Of a stretch of 64,000 bases of DNA, positions 45,540-59,186 are shown piece after piece; the stretch's first letter is position 1, and the number at the start of each line of letters is the position of its first letter. The position numbers and the translations under genes are program-made. This DNA comes from Lingula anatina (Eukaryota > Animalia > Brachiopoda), in contig CM120648.1 in NCBI GenBank assembly GCA_051362555.1, forward strand, positions 4,150,587 to 4,214,586. The letters are read 5' to 3'. The notes under the pieces were generated by a model. The model was not told where the DNA came from, did no database searches, and was given only the letters and a program-made list of their open reading frames with translations.

Positions 45540-48500
45540 GTAAGTGGTTGAAGTAAGATTTTCCCAAATTTTCATGATTGAAATAAAAAAATAAAGCTCG
45601 TGCTGCGACCACTTCGCTTCCGCACTGGCCACTCTCAAAATGCTTGTGTCAGTTTCAAGTTTCACATGTCAGTTTCAGTCAGTGAAAACATCGTTTAACT
45701 ACCGATTTACTCCTTAGGGTTAAGACTTTGTCTTTAAAGTTTCAAAACAGCACATGTGCACTTGAATTTGAGGTGTATGTTTAACATTTTGAACTGTTAG
45801 GTTGATAGTTACAAGAAGAAAAGGTAATTTTATGGCTGAATGCACATTTAGTCATTGCCTATTATGTTGGCTGACATTGGGGTCAACCAGGTAAAATTAA
45901 ACAGGATGCAGTCAGGAAATGTATTGGATGCTTTTAACTTGAGAGGCCTATGATTGTAATACTAGATTGTGGAATTTTAATTAATATGTCATCTGCTTTA
46001 TGTAACTTTGTTCAGATTTGTTTTTATATTAAGAAAGGGAAAATAAAAAAAAAGAATAGAGCTGTTTTTACATCTGTGAAGGTCGGGTTACATTTACAAT
46101 GTTTAAAAGGGGCTAATGTTTGTTCTTTATAGTCTTTCGAGTATGTAGGTTGTTATTGATGACTTCGTTGTTCTTTTAAAGTACATGTAGGGTTCATATG
46201 GTGTATTTGAAAATATATGTTAGTGTAACAATTAATTAATTTCAATTAAAAAAAAAATGAGCAGTTGGTTGACATATAACCAGGTCAAATCATACGGGGC
46301 CTTTGGGTATAAAAGAACTGCCCATTTTGCTAGAAACAAAGTTTCACCTTCTGGTTACTTTGAATTTGAAATTTGCATTTAACCTTTAATTTCAGTTATG
46401 TTAATTGCAAACATTTAAGAAAAAAATCTACATTACGTAATAAAAACCAGAGTTAAAGGTTCTTTAATCCTCAGTTAAATGTAATGAGGAGTTAATACTT
46501 TCACCTTAAGACTTTTCCTAATTAAGTCTTGACCTCAAATATTCCCCAGGTGTTCACATTTATATAGAAATCTCTGCTGGCTTGTTAACAAGTACAGTTA
46601 TCATTTCTCATGTATGTAGCTGTTAAAGGTAAACATTATCAACGTTGTGCACTGTATCTTACCCATTAATCTATATTTGCCCTTCCCTGAAAGCACAAAC
46701 CAGCCATTTCTGTGTACAATGGACTTTAAAAAATGCAGGACTATTCTAGAATTTATATACATTTTGATTTATGGTTGAAGCAGTACGTCATGACTTATGT
46801 ACAATCATTTACAAGAAAGCTAGAAAACTGGTAGATTAAAAACACATTGCATGAGTTAACCTTTGACAATGCTCATTATGCAGTCTGATTTGAGTTGCTG
46901 ATGTTATTTGAGATTAACAGCTTGAAACTTGAATCACTGATTCAGCTCACAGATAAACAGGTTTTAAGGCATGAGGGGGGGGGGGGGGGGAGGGAGGATT
47001 GATGAAAACGGATATAAAGTTCTGCAAAAAAAAAAAAAAAAATCACCCCCACCCACCCACCTTTTGAAATTGCTGTCTACAGGCCTGGATAGCAGTGTAC
47101 AAATTTAATATCCACCCTCAAAATATTTTCCAGATGTTGAATTATCTTCTATCAAATGTTTTATTATGTCTCAGTTGTGTACATGTCTCATTCATATCAA
47201 TCTTTTTATGTTCTGTTTAAACAATTTATCAGCTTTCCTATCTGTCTTATCATGAAATAGGGTGTTTACATTTTCTATCTGACAGAGCATTGGTATATAT
47301 ACAGACAAAGTTGTGATAACCCAAAACATTTTATCGCTGGGGTCACTCTTTGTTAGGGTGCCATTGAAGGATCTACCAAGCTGTTTTGCTCGCTTGTTTT
47401 CGATGATAATTTGCAAATAAAGTCCATAGTTATGTATTTTCCCCAAAGGCCAACTTGTTTTGCAAAGTGTCAAAAAAGTAATTGATTTGCAGTCAATCAA
47501 ACTGGGTTTGTGAAAAATTATGGTGGGTGCTGCATTTAAAATTTTTTCAAGGGGATAGATATGATAGTATTTAATTGAAACGGTGATGTATAATACATTA
47601 TAAGATTTTAACTGAAGAGAAGTAATTTAGTCAAAGTGACTTTTTGATAAGATTTTCAGGGTTATGCTGGGCCCCAGCTGTCTTTATTTCTTTCTTTCTT
47701 TATTTTTTGTCAAATACAGATGATGTTTTTCTTTGGCTAAAAATGTTTACAAATGTTGTCAATCTTTCTTTAACAAAATATGCCAGACAGAGTGGAGATA
47801 TAATGATAAATCTTGTAGGGCGTGATCTTTCTCTCAGTTCAGATGTTCTGATTGTGCTGTTTGACAAAGATCTTACATGTACAGAATTTTGTCAGCTAAC
47901 CACCAGGTGGATACAGTAACCACCTTTATGGTTTTCATATAGTGAATATGACATATAAGATTTCAAATGGGGTCTCAAAATGATTACCCTAGGTTCTAGA
48001 TTCCCGTATTGCCAGCTCGATCTTGATTTCATATATAACCCATATCAACAATACTAGTAAAAGCGACCCCATCACAAGGTATATTTAACAAGCTAGCTTT
48101 TACGTTGCTCTGATACTCAGGGTAAAAATGATATCAGCCATTGATATTTGCATCAGTTTGAACTAGTTTATCTTGTTTATGCAAAGTTTATGGTTAAGAA
48201 GCTATTGGAGAAGCCATTCCTTAGCTTTTAAAGATTATCGTTTGTTCATATTATCTAATCTAGAGATTGAGTTATGAGCAAAGAAACAGGAGCTGGTACA
48301 TGGCTTCCAGCGACCTTTAAATCTTCAAAACAAAAAGATAACCCTAAGTCAGCGCTTAGTGAAATAATTCTCCACAGGAGGTCTGATTTAGAAAATGAAA
48401 CTCATTTCAATATTTGTGACATTTCGAAATTATATACAATTTAGGAAATAGAACTTTCTGGTGAGAAACGTGTATAAATGTCAAGGGGGGGATATTAGTT

Positions 48501-48918
48501 TACTCAAGATTAAATAATGATTATAAAGGGTTATATAGTCATCTATACTCATTTAAATTATTACTTATTTTTAAAATTTAGTCATTTTAAATTTGTCTCA
48601 GACTGCATACTAATTGCTGAAGTGTTGACACTCGTTAGTCGTAAACTGGCTTAGTTATAGTCTATCTTTTCGACTGGGTTTAATTGGTCATGTTAGTGGG
48701 CAAATAACAGAAATAAAGATACAGTTATGCAGCTGTGGTCCTTTATACTGAAAATAGTTATGAAATTTAAGAGCTGTCATAATCCCCATATTTCCTAGTA
48801 CTTTATCAGATATTTGATTATTTTTGTATGAAATAAAGATGGCTGATACAGATAATATTTGTGTAAGATAAAAAATCCCCCGATTAATTTTTTGTTAATA
48901 TAAATTTTATCTCTTCAG

Positions 48919-48989
48919 AATGTGTGTATGTGGATACCAACCGCCCAGAACAACCCTTCTCTGTTGGCATTGTAGAGGACATAAGATTG
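48919..48989 (+). CDS. RERE: RERE-like exon 2 (BAH domain)
   Basis: TTCAG|(E)CVYVDTNRPEQPFSVGIVEDIRL|GTGAGT, similar to RERE [24 protein letters not shown]. Confidence 0.85.
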
Positions 48990-51900
48990 GTGAGTTTTGA
49001 TTGGATTATTAACAATGTCAAGTTTCAGATCTAATAGAATAGGGTGTAATGGTTTCAGTGTGCAAATTATGAGAGGATAAAGAAGATTTTATTATACCTG
49101 TGACTTGTAAATGTGTTTGGATGCACTGTTAGTAATGAATAAAGTGTCCAGTGGCACACAATACAAGCTTTTGACCTTTTTATGTACAGACACAGATGTG
49201 TCTGTACATATAGCCATCATCTGCGTCTGTCGTCGCCGTCGCCGTCGTCGCCGTCGCCGTCGCCGTGCACTTTTACCGATAACACGATAAGTGGAAAACC
49301 ATTTTTCCTTTTGATTTGAAACTTGCAGAACTGATGAATATTCATAATACGCAGGTCAAGTTCGAAAATCAGCATGATCGGGTCACTCTTAGGGAATTTA
49401 TGCTGTTTTTTCACCTTTTTCAACATATATGCAGCACCGATAACACGATAAGTGGAAAACCATTGTACCTTTTGGCTTGAAACTTACAGTACTGATGAAT
49501 ATTCATAATACGCAGGCCGAGTTCGAAAATCAGCATGATCGGGTCACTTATAGGGAATTTATGCTGTTTTTTCACTTTTTTCAGCATATATGCAGCACCG
49601 ATAACACGATAAGTGGAAAACCATTTTACCTTTTGGCTTGAAACTTACAGAACTGATGAATATACATAATACGCAGGTCAAGTTCGAAAATCAGCGTGAT
49701 TGGGTCATTTTTAGTGAATTTAGGCTATTTTTTATTCTCTTTTTTCAGCATATATGCAGCACCGATAACACCATAAATGGAAAACCATTTGATCTTTTGG
49801 CTTGAAACCTACAGAACTGATGAATATTCATAATACGCAGGTCAAGTTCGAAAATCAGCATGATTGGGTCATTTTTAGTGAATTTAGGCTATTTTTTCAC
49901 TTTTTTTCAGCATTTTTGCAACACTGATAACACAATAAATGAAGAGCTGTTTTACCCTTTGGCTTGAAACTTACAGAACTGATAAATATTCATAATACGC
50001 AGGTCAAATTCGAAAATCAGCACGATCGGGTCACTTATAGGGAATTTATGCTGTTTTTTTTTCACTTTTTTCAGTATATATGCAACACTGATAACACAAT
50101 ATAAGAAAAACAGATTGGCCAACTGTCATTATACTCACAGGAGGGGCCAATCTTACTAAAACGCAGGTTGAGTTTGAAAATCAGCATAATCAATCCATTA
50201 TTTTAAAAGGTAATGCTGTTTTTTCACATTTCCTCACATTCAATTCTTAGGCATGTTAACAGTCTCATTATTGAACTAATAAGATACGTAAATGTGTTTG
50301 TTTGGCATTTCCTGCATCTTTACAACATTGTTAGTTGATTTTGTAAAAATAATGGTAGACTTGTTATCATGTATTGTGTAATAAAGTGTCAAAAATGGAA
50401 ATAAACTCATATCATTGCAGTTTGTCAGATGCATTCATCCACTATGTTCAGAATCTCAGAATGGAGGAAGTTGGGCATTTAAAACTGTTCTATTGATACT
50501 TTTCCCATCTCATCAATTTTCTTCATTGGTCATATAAAAATGGCAGTAAACTGTTTATTTTGTTTTATGTTTAAAAAGTGTTAAAAATGGAAATAAACCC
50601 ATTTCAGAACAGTGCTGTATTGTTTACATTTTGGCATTTTCAATATGTGACTTTGAAGTTCCATGGGCCTGAAGGCTTTTGCTAGTCACATTTTCTGAAT
50701 AACCATGATACTAATATTTTATAATTAAAAATTGATGGTCATTATGCTGTAAAACATTATGTAATATTGCATGAAAATTTGAAGAAACCCCTATTTTGGG
50801 CACTGCTCCCATGATGACCATTTAAGGAAAATCATGTCACTTACTGTTCTCAAACTTACAGGAAAGAAAAATGGGACTAAAATACAGCTCCAGTAGGCAA
50901 TGCAGTCTGTTTGGTAAATTTTTCTGGCAATTAAACAGTTTTTTGTGAAAATTTAATTTTTCACTTATTGGCATTTTCAAGGTGTGACTTTGAAGTTCCA
51001 TGATCCTGAAGACCTTTGCTTGTCACATTTCCTGAATATCCGTGATACTAATATTTTATAATTAAAAATTGATGGTCATTATGCTGTTAAACATTATGTA
51101 ATGTTGCATCAAAATTTGAAGAAACCCCTATTTTGGGCACTGCTCCCATGATGACCATTTAACAAAAATCATGTCAATTACTGTTCTCAAACTTACAGGA
51201 AAGAAACATGGGTCTAAAATACAGCTTCAGTTGGCAATGCAGTCTGTTTGGTAATTTTTTCTGGCAATTAAACAGTTTTTTGTGAAAATTTAATTTTTCA
51301 CATATTGGCATTTCCAAGGTGCGACTTAGAACCTCCACGGGCTTGAAGACCCGTGCTAGTCACATTTTGTGAAAATCTATGACACTTATATTTTATTATT
51401 AAAAATCGATGGTCATTATGCTGTTAAGCATTATGTAATGTTGCATCAAAATAGCAGAAAACACAATTTTTGGTGCTGCTGCCTTGATGACCATTATGGA
51501 AAAACCGTGTAACTTATGACTGTCAAACTTTCAAAAAAGAAACACAGGACTAAAATGCAGCCTGAGTTAGAAAAGCAGTCTAATTGGCTTCTTTTTCTGG
51601 AAGTTATACATTTTAGTGTTATATTCATTATCTTTTTTGGCATATTAATTATGGGACTCGGAGCTCCCATGGACATGAAGCCAAATGGTAATCATATTTT
51701 CTACATGTCCATCCTATTTATAGTCAATAAACAAAAATTGGTGATAATTATTCTCTAATTTATTATGTAATGTTACATCAAAATTGACAATCTTTTTGCA
51801 CTGCTACTGCAAACATTATGAAAAGAAAACTGTGCTACTTATTATAATTTTAAACTTACAAGTACGATTTTTAGGATTGGCCTTCAGCTCATGAGAAAAC

Positions 51901-52390
51901 CAGCTCTATCGGATTATCATGTTTATTGTATTTATGCATTTTTTGTGAAATTTTCATTTTTCTCATTCTGGCACTTTCTAAGTATAAACTTGAACTCTGA
52001 TGGGCCTGAAGCCTTATGCTTTTACTTTCGTCTGTGTTACCTGTTGTGCATAAGTTGATGTTGACTGTGCAGTTAAACATAATGTATTATTGCATCAGGA
52101 TTGGTAGTCTCCTATTTTAGGCATTATGGTTTTGTGCTTTTCTTAAGGTGTGACTTATGGGCCTGAAGACCTTTGAGTGGGTCAGTCTGTAAATTACCCT
52201 TGGGTATCACTAGATTAATTTCAGAGTTATAAAGTCATTTGCTTTAATAGGCCATTAAATGAGATTACGTAAAGCACACTTGTTGATATTTCCCTGTAAA
52301 CTCCCAAAGGTAAAGCTCTTTGCTAGATTAATAATAAGGAAGCAGTGATAATTATGCAGGTAAATTTTGTTTAATATTGCAAATAAGTTT

Positions 52391-52457
<67 letters not shown>

Positions 52458-52502
52458 AACTGGAAGATTAAAAGTTTGAATAGCAGCTTCATTGGAATTA
52501 TA

Positions 52503-52740
52503 TTTACCTCAAGCTCTGCCAAGGAGGTTATATTTTCACCCCTGTTTGTCTGTCATCCACATAACACAAAAAGTTATGGACTGATTTTGCAGAAATTTTC
52601 AGGAACTGTCGGAAGTGGGCCAAAGAGGACAATGATTAATTTTTGGTGGTGGTCCGGATCAATAATCAATCAATTATCAATATAATCAACAATTGCTGCC
52701 TTGGCAGAGGTCTGCACTCTCAAAGTGCTTTTCTAGTTTT
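52503..52740 (+). mobile_element. Short HINE nested in the larger element
   Basis: SubTIRs CTCTGCCAAGG (52514) and CCTTGGCAGAG (52699), 3' hairpin GCACT-CTCAA-AGTGC, ending CTAGTTTT. Confidence 0.75.
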
Positions 52741-52980
52741 GTTGTTTTCCTTTATAATTTTTTCTCAAACACTTGCATTTGTGACTTTTAGCCCCAGGCA
52801 GGCTCTCATCTGCCTGGGGCTCTGCACATTTTCTGTATTTCTACATAAGCAGTTGTATTGTTTTTTATGTCTTTAAACATTATGTAATATTATTTTATGC
52901 ACTGTCATCATTTTTCAAATATTGAGACTTTCATAATGTGAATTTGAACTCTCATGGTCCTGAAACTGTAATCTTATTGA

Positions 52981-53145
52981 AGGGGTGGATTGAGACCATC
53001 TTCTGGGTCTTCCGGAAGACAGTCAGGTTATTAAGTTTATATTGACTGGTATCTATTTTTTCTGTTGGAAGACCATCAAAATGGAGGATGGATCAACATA
53101 GATACTTTGTAATACTGTCAGAAAATATCTCTGGGTCCGCTCCTG
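52981..53145. mobile_element. hAT-like MITE nested in the HINE
   Basis: AGGGGTGGA...TCCGCTCCTG with TTATTGA on both flanks; homologous to 27363-27530. Confidence 0.75.
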
Positions 53146-53809
53146 TTATTGACCATGTTACCTGTTGTGCAAGATTAAAATTCAGTGTTGACTGACAGTG
53201 CTATTATAAGCATTATTTATTATTGCATCAAAATTGACAAAATGACCTTTTTTGCATCTTTATTTTCTGTTTTTTGTCTGTACATTTGACAGCTTTGCTG
53301 CCTTGTTTAAAATTATATTTTATTATTTTGTTAAGCATATTTTGGAATTGTTAAAGAGTAAATGATGAGACTTTAGTGTGATTTTAATTCTCATCCCAAA
53401 GACTTGATACCAAGTATTTGTGGTGAACAACAATCAAATGAAACACATGGTTTCATACACAGAGAGAGAGAGGGAGAGAGAGAGAGAGAGAGACACTGTG
53501 ACTAAATCTGAAGGCTTGTGGCCACTGGAGATGGGTCTGCCTAACTTAGTTTAGCCTTTTTTTTTTCAGCAGGTTCTCTTGATAACAATTAATTCATCAC
53601 AGGAAGCCAATCTGAATCTAATCTTTGTCATCCTTACCATAGCCACCATATTTTTTTTTACCAATGTCTTAATGGTTAGACCATCATGAGAAGCCAATCT
53701 AATTTTTGTGTTTACCTACCCACTACCACCATTATATTAATCTGTCTGAGATATCTAATTATGATTAGCTCACCATAGGAAAAATTTCTTATCTATGTCC
53801 TACTCACAG

Positions 53810-54415
53810 CACCCTGAGCTTCAGAGATAACTTGACACCAACCTCTTCACTATTAGCCTATCTTCATCGTGTCAAGTTACCTCTGACCACTTTCGATTGC
53901 CTCCGCCGCCCGCCAATCAAATTTAAAGCCCGCACTCAATGACTCATTGAACAATCTAGCCAATGAACGTGAACGAGTCAAAGCGCGCTTTGTTCAAATC
54001 CGGACCAATCAAAGATAAGGCTGAATATCAGGGACTTGCCGTAACCTGTGGGCAGCACGCAAAATACATCATCCCTCAGTAGATAATTATGCAGGGCATC
54101 AAACTGCTCTGGTTTCAATTCCGATATACTCCATGCTTTCTTTGTGTACGGTTATGCACTCGGAACTACTCGGATGTCTCCGCACTCGACAATAACTATG
54201 TTGTTAGTATGGAGCTTGCGGAATCAGTCGAGGATTGCCGATTGACGGTCAACCAATCAGCGTTTTCACCAAACTTTGGTGAAAAATTTTGAAACATGGA
54301 TTCGATTGGCTTATATAAACTAGGTCAAACTATTTTCGTCAGAGGTAACTTGACACGATGAAGATAGGCTAATAGTGAAGAGGTTAGTGTCAAGTTATCT
54401 CTGAAGCTCAGGGTG
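53810..54415. mobile_element. MITE, 606 bp, ~78-bp TIRs, 8-bp TSD (P/hAT-like)
   Basis: CACCCTGAGCTTCAGAGATAACTTGACAC... TIRs with one mismatch; TSD ACTCACAG at 53802-53809 and 54416-54423. Confidence 0.92.
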
Positions 54416-54716
54416 ACTCACAGTCACGATAATGTTAAATCGTCTGATATTTCTTTATGATGAGCTGACCACTAGATGCCATTCTAATCACTAGGTTGCC
54501 CCTCTCTGCTGTTGTTATTAATATTTAAGTAGCACATGGCCATGACTTTTTGTGGTTAGCCATCACAATCAGAGAACCTACTAGAAATGTGTTTGTTGAT
54601 TGGTCACCAGACAACATTTTAACTTGCAAGTAATTTTTTTTTTAATCTCACCGTGACATTTATGAGGTGGTTTAGGGAAGTTCAATAGTTGAACCTTACC
54701 TATTTGAAAGTTAGTA

Positions 54717-57700
54717 CGGTAAAGTCTTGAAAATTTCGTCGCTTAAAAATTAATTTATATTTTTAATTGTGTAAATCCGACTAATTTTTCAAAATTACCT
54801 CTCCCCGACTCCTGGGTATGACGAAATTTTCAAAAATCCGGCCTTTGGGCTTTTATCCTTAGCGACTGTTATCTTTGACCTTCCTATATGGTGGGATATT
54901 TATTACTACTTCCTGAGTCATTTTCTGGTGGTAAATAATAATCTATTTATTAGTGCATCTCGATTAAGTTATATTTAACTTACTGTACCCGAAAACATGT
55001 TGAGAATTATTTTCTCGGTAAGAAACATACCTCCTGATAGAGGAGAAGGATCAAGATAAGCCTAATTGCAACCTAGCATCATAACCTGGACGCGACACGT
55101 TTAAAATATTACGCACTTGGGAACGTTTGTTGCATGCAGGGCTTTTCCAAGGATTGAGTGTCAGGCCTTCTAAAATTACCATCTGTAACTTCCTAAAAAT
55201 TTACAGGGTGTTAAAATAATGATCTCCCGTTGAAGATCTTCCGCAATTTAAGTTCCTTGAACTAATATGAAAACTGCATTTTTTTATTGCTTACATCGCG
55301 AACAATCTCCAGATGAAGATGTGAAAATTGCCTTTTCGTCTAGCAAGGATCGCGAACGATCTCCCGCTGACGATCTTCCGCGAACGAAGTTCCCTAAATC
55401 CCTTGAACTTATATGAAAATTGCATTTCATTCTTGCTTACATCGCGGACGATCTCCCAATGATGATATGAAAATTGCCTTTTCGTCTCGCTCGGATCGCG
55501 AACGATCTCACTCTGACGATTTTACGCGAACAAAGTCCTGACGATAGTACGCAAACGATTCTCCGCCGAAGATATGCCGTGAGCGGGGAAGGGGGGGGTT
55601 AAAGATAAAACTAAATATATGTATTATTTATAATATTCAAAGGGGGAGGCGGGTTTAAAATAATGATCTCCCGCTGACGATCGTTCGCAAACTAAGTTCC
55701 TTGAACTAACATGAAAACTGCATTTTATTATTGCCTACATCGCGAACAATCTCCCAATGAAGATATGAAAATTGCCTTTACGTCCAAGCTAGGATCGCGA
55801 ACGATCTCCCTCTGATATGATCTTACGCGAACAAAGTCCTGAGGATATTACGCGAACGATTCTCCGCCGAAGATATACCGTGAGCAGGGGAAGGGGGGCG
55901 GATTAAAGATCAAATGAAAATGAATATTTTTTAAAAATCCAAAGTGTGTGTGTGTGTGGGGGGGGGGGGTTAACTCATTGTCCCCTGCAGTGACTGCTGC
56001 ATGATCCCCTACAGCCATTAACACCAAATCTGGCCACCACCATGTGGTGGCGCCACTGTCAGCACTCTCCTATATCCCTGAGGAAATTCAATATGGCCTT
56101 TTTCTAGGTCTGTTGTTTTGTTTGTTTCAAATTTTCAGGGTTCTTAAGGCATGAAATTGGTATATTATGAAATTATTTATAACTGGACATATTCAAAATA
56201 TTGCTATTTATTGAATGGGGAAGATCAAGTCGGAATAATTTGGTCTATAAAAATTGAACAATGAATAGAAGTTCAACAACTGTTTATAAATAAATAAAAT
56301 ATACATCATAATACTTATTTAGATTATATCAACAGGTACAAAAAAAGAAAATTCTACAAAATATAATTAAAAGATGAGCATAAGATTACAAAAAAATATA
56401 TTTATTATCTATATTATGCAGTTGTGATAAGTTAAGCATCAACTTAAAAATACCGCATGAACCCTGACACCGAGACATGCTTTTAGTTGTTCTTTCCACT
56501 TAGAGTCATTGTATGTTGCATATGCATTTATATTTTCCAACAATTTGTTCAGTATTTCATCAGTAAAGAACAGTTTTTAAAGTCTAGTTCGTCTTTGTCA
56601 CCCGTCAGTTCATGTGTGAATCCAGGCAGTTCACAACAGAAAAGCTCCTTGTCCACCTGCCACAGATCGTTTTTCCACTGACTTCTTCTAAAATCTTCAC
56701 TAATGCTGCCTAATTCACTTTCAGACTATGTCTGTAAAGTGTTATTCAAAAGAAATATAGCTCAAATTATGGCTGTCAGACTCACTGTCACTAACAAATC
56801 CCGAAAATTCAGACCCAGAGCTCTCATCAAAAATACTCTGTATTTCCTCCATGTGTAGATTTCCCGCAACCCTCAAAATGTTTACATTTTGTTCTATAGT
56901 ACTTTCCTTTTTATTGGCCAAAAGAAAAGCAACAACCAATCAGAAAATGAGCTATTTAAAACTTACCAATCAAAGTTTCTTTCTCATGCCGTCATATGAA
57001 GTCGCTAGGCAAGGGGCCCGCCATATTGGATGCCGTCATATGACGGCAGTCGGGAATGGGTACTATTAATATTACGACGTCAAATGACGACGCTCGGGAT
57101 AAAAATAAGAAAACATTGTCGGCAAATGACGGCGGTAGGGGACAATGAGTTAAATAATCTCCCGCTGATGATCTTCTGTGAACAAAGTTCCCTAAATCCC
57201 TTGAACAAATATGAAAATTGCATTTCATTCTTGCTTACATAGCGAACGATCTCCCGATGATGATATGAAAATTGCCTTTTCGTCTCGCTCGGATCGTGAC
57301 TGACGATCTTACGCGAACAAAGTCTTGACGATATTACGCGATCGATTCTCCGCTGAAGATATGCCGTGAGCGGGGGAAGGGGGGGGGGTTAAAGATAAAA
57401 TGAAAAATAAATATTATTTGTAAAATTCAAAGGGGGAGGGGGGGGGGTTAAAATAATGATCTCTTGCTGACGATCTTCCACGAACGAAGTTCCCTTGAAC
57501 AAATATGATAAGTGCATTTTATTTTCGCTTACATCGCGAACGATCTCCCGCTGAAGATATGAAGATTGCCTTTTCGTCTCTCTCGAATCGCAAACGATCT
57601 CCCGCTGATGATCTTATGCGAACGGAGTCTGTTACAAATATGAAAATTATCTTCTCGTCTCGTTTGGATCGCGAACGATCTGTTGACGATATTACGCGAA

Positions 57701-58383
57701 CGATTCTCCGCTGAAGATATGAAAATTGCCATCTCGTCCCATTCGCATTGCGAACGATCTCCATGTGCGAGCCAGGTAATCGTTAAATGGTCCTAAATTG
57801 AACATGGACATGAATAGAAGTGACGGGTACATTTCACTTCGAGATAATATCTTGACTTTTTCATTGTGTCTTCCGGGTACATTTCACTTCGAGATAATAT
57901 CTTGATTTTTTCATTGTGTCTTCCTCATTTAGGACAGCCGCCGATAACAATAACGGCGTTACAAATGACAAAGCCGCGGCCTGTGACTTCTATTTGCCGG
58001 CTTGATAACGCACCTTAAGCCAGGTAATAGTAATGCAACTAAAGACAAAAGGCCGACGTTCCCGCAATTGAGAACGGGAATTCACATCTAAACCATCTAT
58101 ATTTAGAGTAACCGCTCGCAGGGGCGCACTATTGTTCCTATCTCCCATTGAGAGTGTTATCGGCAATGATATCCTGATCGTATCATTGTCTTGAATCAAC
58201 TGACGCATTACCTTCATGTTTGAGCTGGACAACGCGGCCATATTTGGTGACGAACTTTTCAAAAATTATCGAGTACCTCATTTTTAAGGTCGACGAAGTT
58301 TTCAAAGGGAAAAAAATTACGTCGGCGGCAAATCGTCTGTCGACGAAATTTTCAAGAACGACGAAATTTTCAAGACTTTACCG
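54717..58383. mobile_element. Non-autonomous Tc1/mariner-pogo-like element (~3.7 kb) with internal degenerate tandem repeats
   Basis: TA|CGGTAAAGTCTTGAAAATTTCGTCG ... CGACGAAATTTTCAAGACTTTACCG|TA. It contains many ATCGCGAACGATCTCCC / GATATGAAAATTGC units and a 50-bp tandem duplication at ~57824-57923. Confidence 0.85.
55974..57149 (-). mobile_element. Internally deleted piggyBac-like element nested in the Tc1/pogo-like element
   Basis: TTAA|CTCATTGTCCCCT ... AGGGGACAATGAG|TTAA. Minus-strand relics MEEIQSIFDESSGSEFSGFVSDSESD and ELDF/LFFTDEILNKLLENINAYA (frameshifted) resemble a piggyBac transposase N-terminus. Confidence 0.85.
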
Positions 58384-58909
58384 TACATACAAAGGAATTT
58401 TTTGTGCAAAACCTGACAGCAATTTATGCATTTGCTCTTCTGGTGGTATTATTTGTCCTTTGCTAAATTAATGTGTGTTTACTTTCCCTCTGAACACACA
58501 CAAACAGTGTGAATAGCATGATCATGATATTTGATGAAAAAGTATCTTTGTATCAGAATTGAACTATGGAACAATTCCAAGGGTAATTTAAGGTCTAAGT
58601 CATTGTGGTGAACATGCCAGATGAAATTTACTTTGTCTGAGGAAAATGAACTATATTTGATGATTATCACCAGTTTATTGTGCATTTCATTGATAAGTTG
58701 ATCTGAAACTAATAATGGGGCACTGAAGATCCCAGAGCATGGATAACAGATATAGAATGAAAGACAAAAGGGAAATATCTAGTTATTATAATCAGGCAAC
58801 AGTATACTTCTGAAGGTAATATGAATGTTTCTGCTAATCAGAGAATGTAAAAGTAGGCAAATATGTTTTGTAAGGATTCGAGTGTAGACTAGACCAGTTA
58901 CATATCTCA

Positions 58910-58989
<80 letters not shown>

Positions 58990-59145
58990 CAAGGCTGTTC
59001 ACAGGTGTAGGCACCAATGAAGGATTTTGCAGTTTGAAAGGTTGTCAGAGGAAACATCTTGTGCATAAAATATTTTCACTTACTAGTATTTATGTCTCTT
59101 TTCTCTTTAAAATCTAGTTTAGGTACTTGAAAGAAAATGGTTAAC

Positions 59146-59186
<41 letters not shown>

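Larger units (their letters stand above)
49177..53308 (+). mobile_element. Helentron-associated (HINE/DINE-1/pearl-like) element, ~4.1 kb, with internal tandem arrays
   Basis: T-run, 5' inverted repeat ATGTACAGACAC-AGAT-GTGTCTGTACAT, (GTCGCC)n microsatellite, about six 161-163-bp units (49276-50200) and about three ~338-bp units. The 3' end has subTIR TGTCTGTACAT (53275-53285), an imperfect hairpin GACAGC-TTT-GCTGCC and TTGTTT. Confidence 0.75.

Noticed and set aside
55215-57765. Possible regulatory or CRISPR-like repeat array (ATCGCGAACGATCTCCC units) and its short ORFs
   Set aside because: These are degenerate tandem units inside a TIR-bounded non-autonomous transposon, with no unique spacers.
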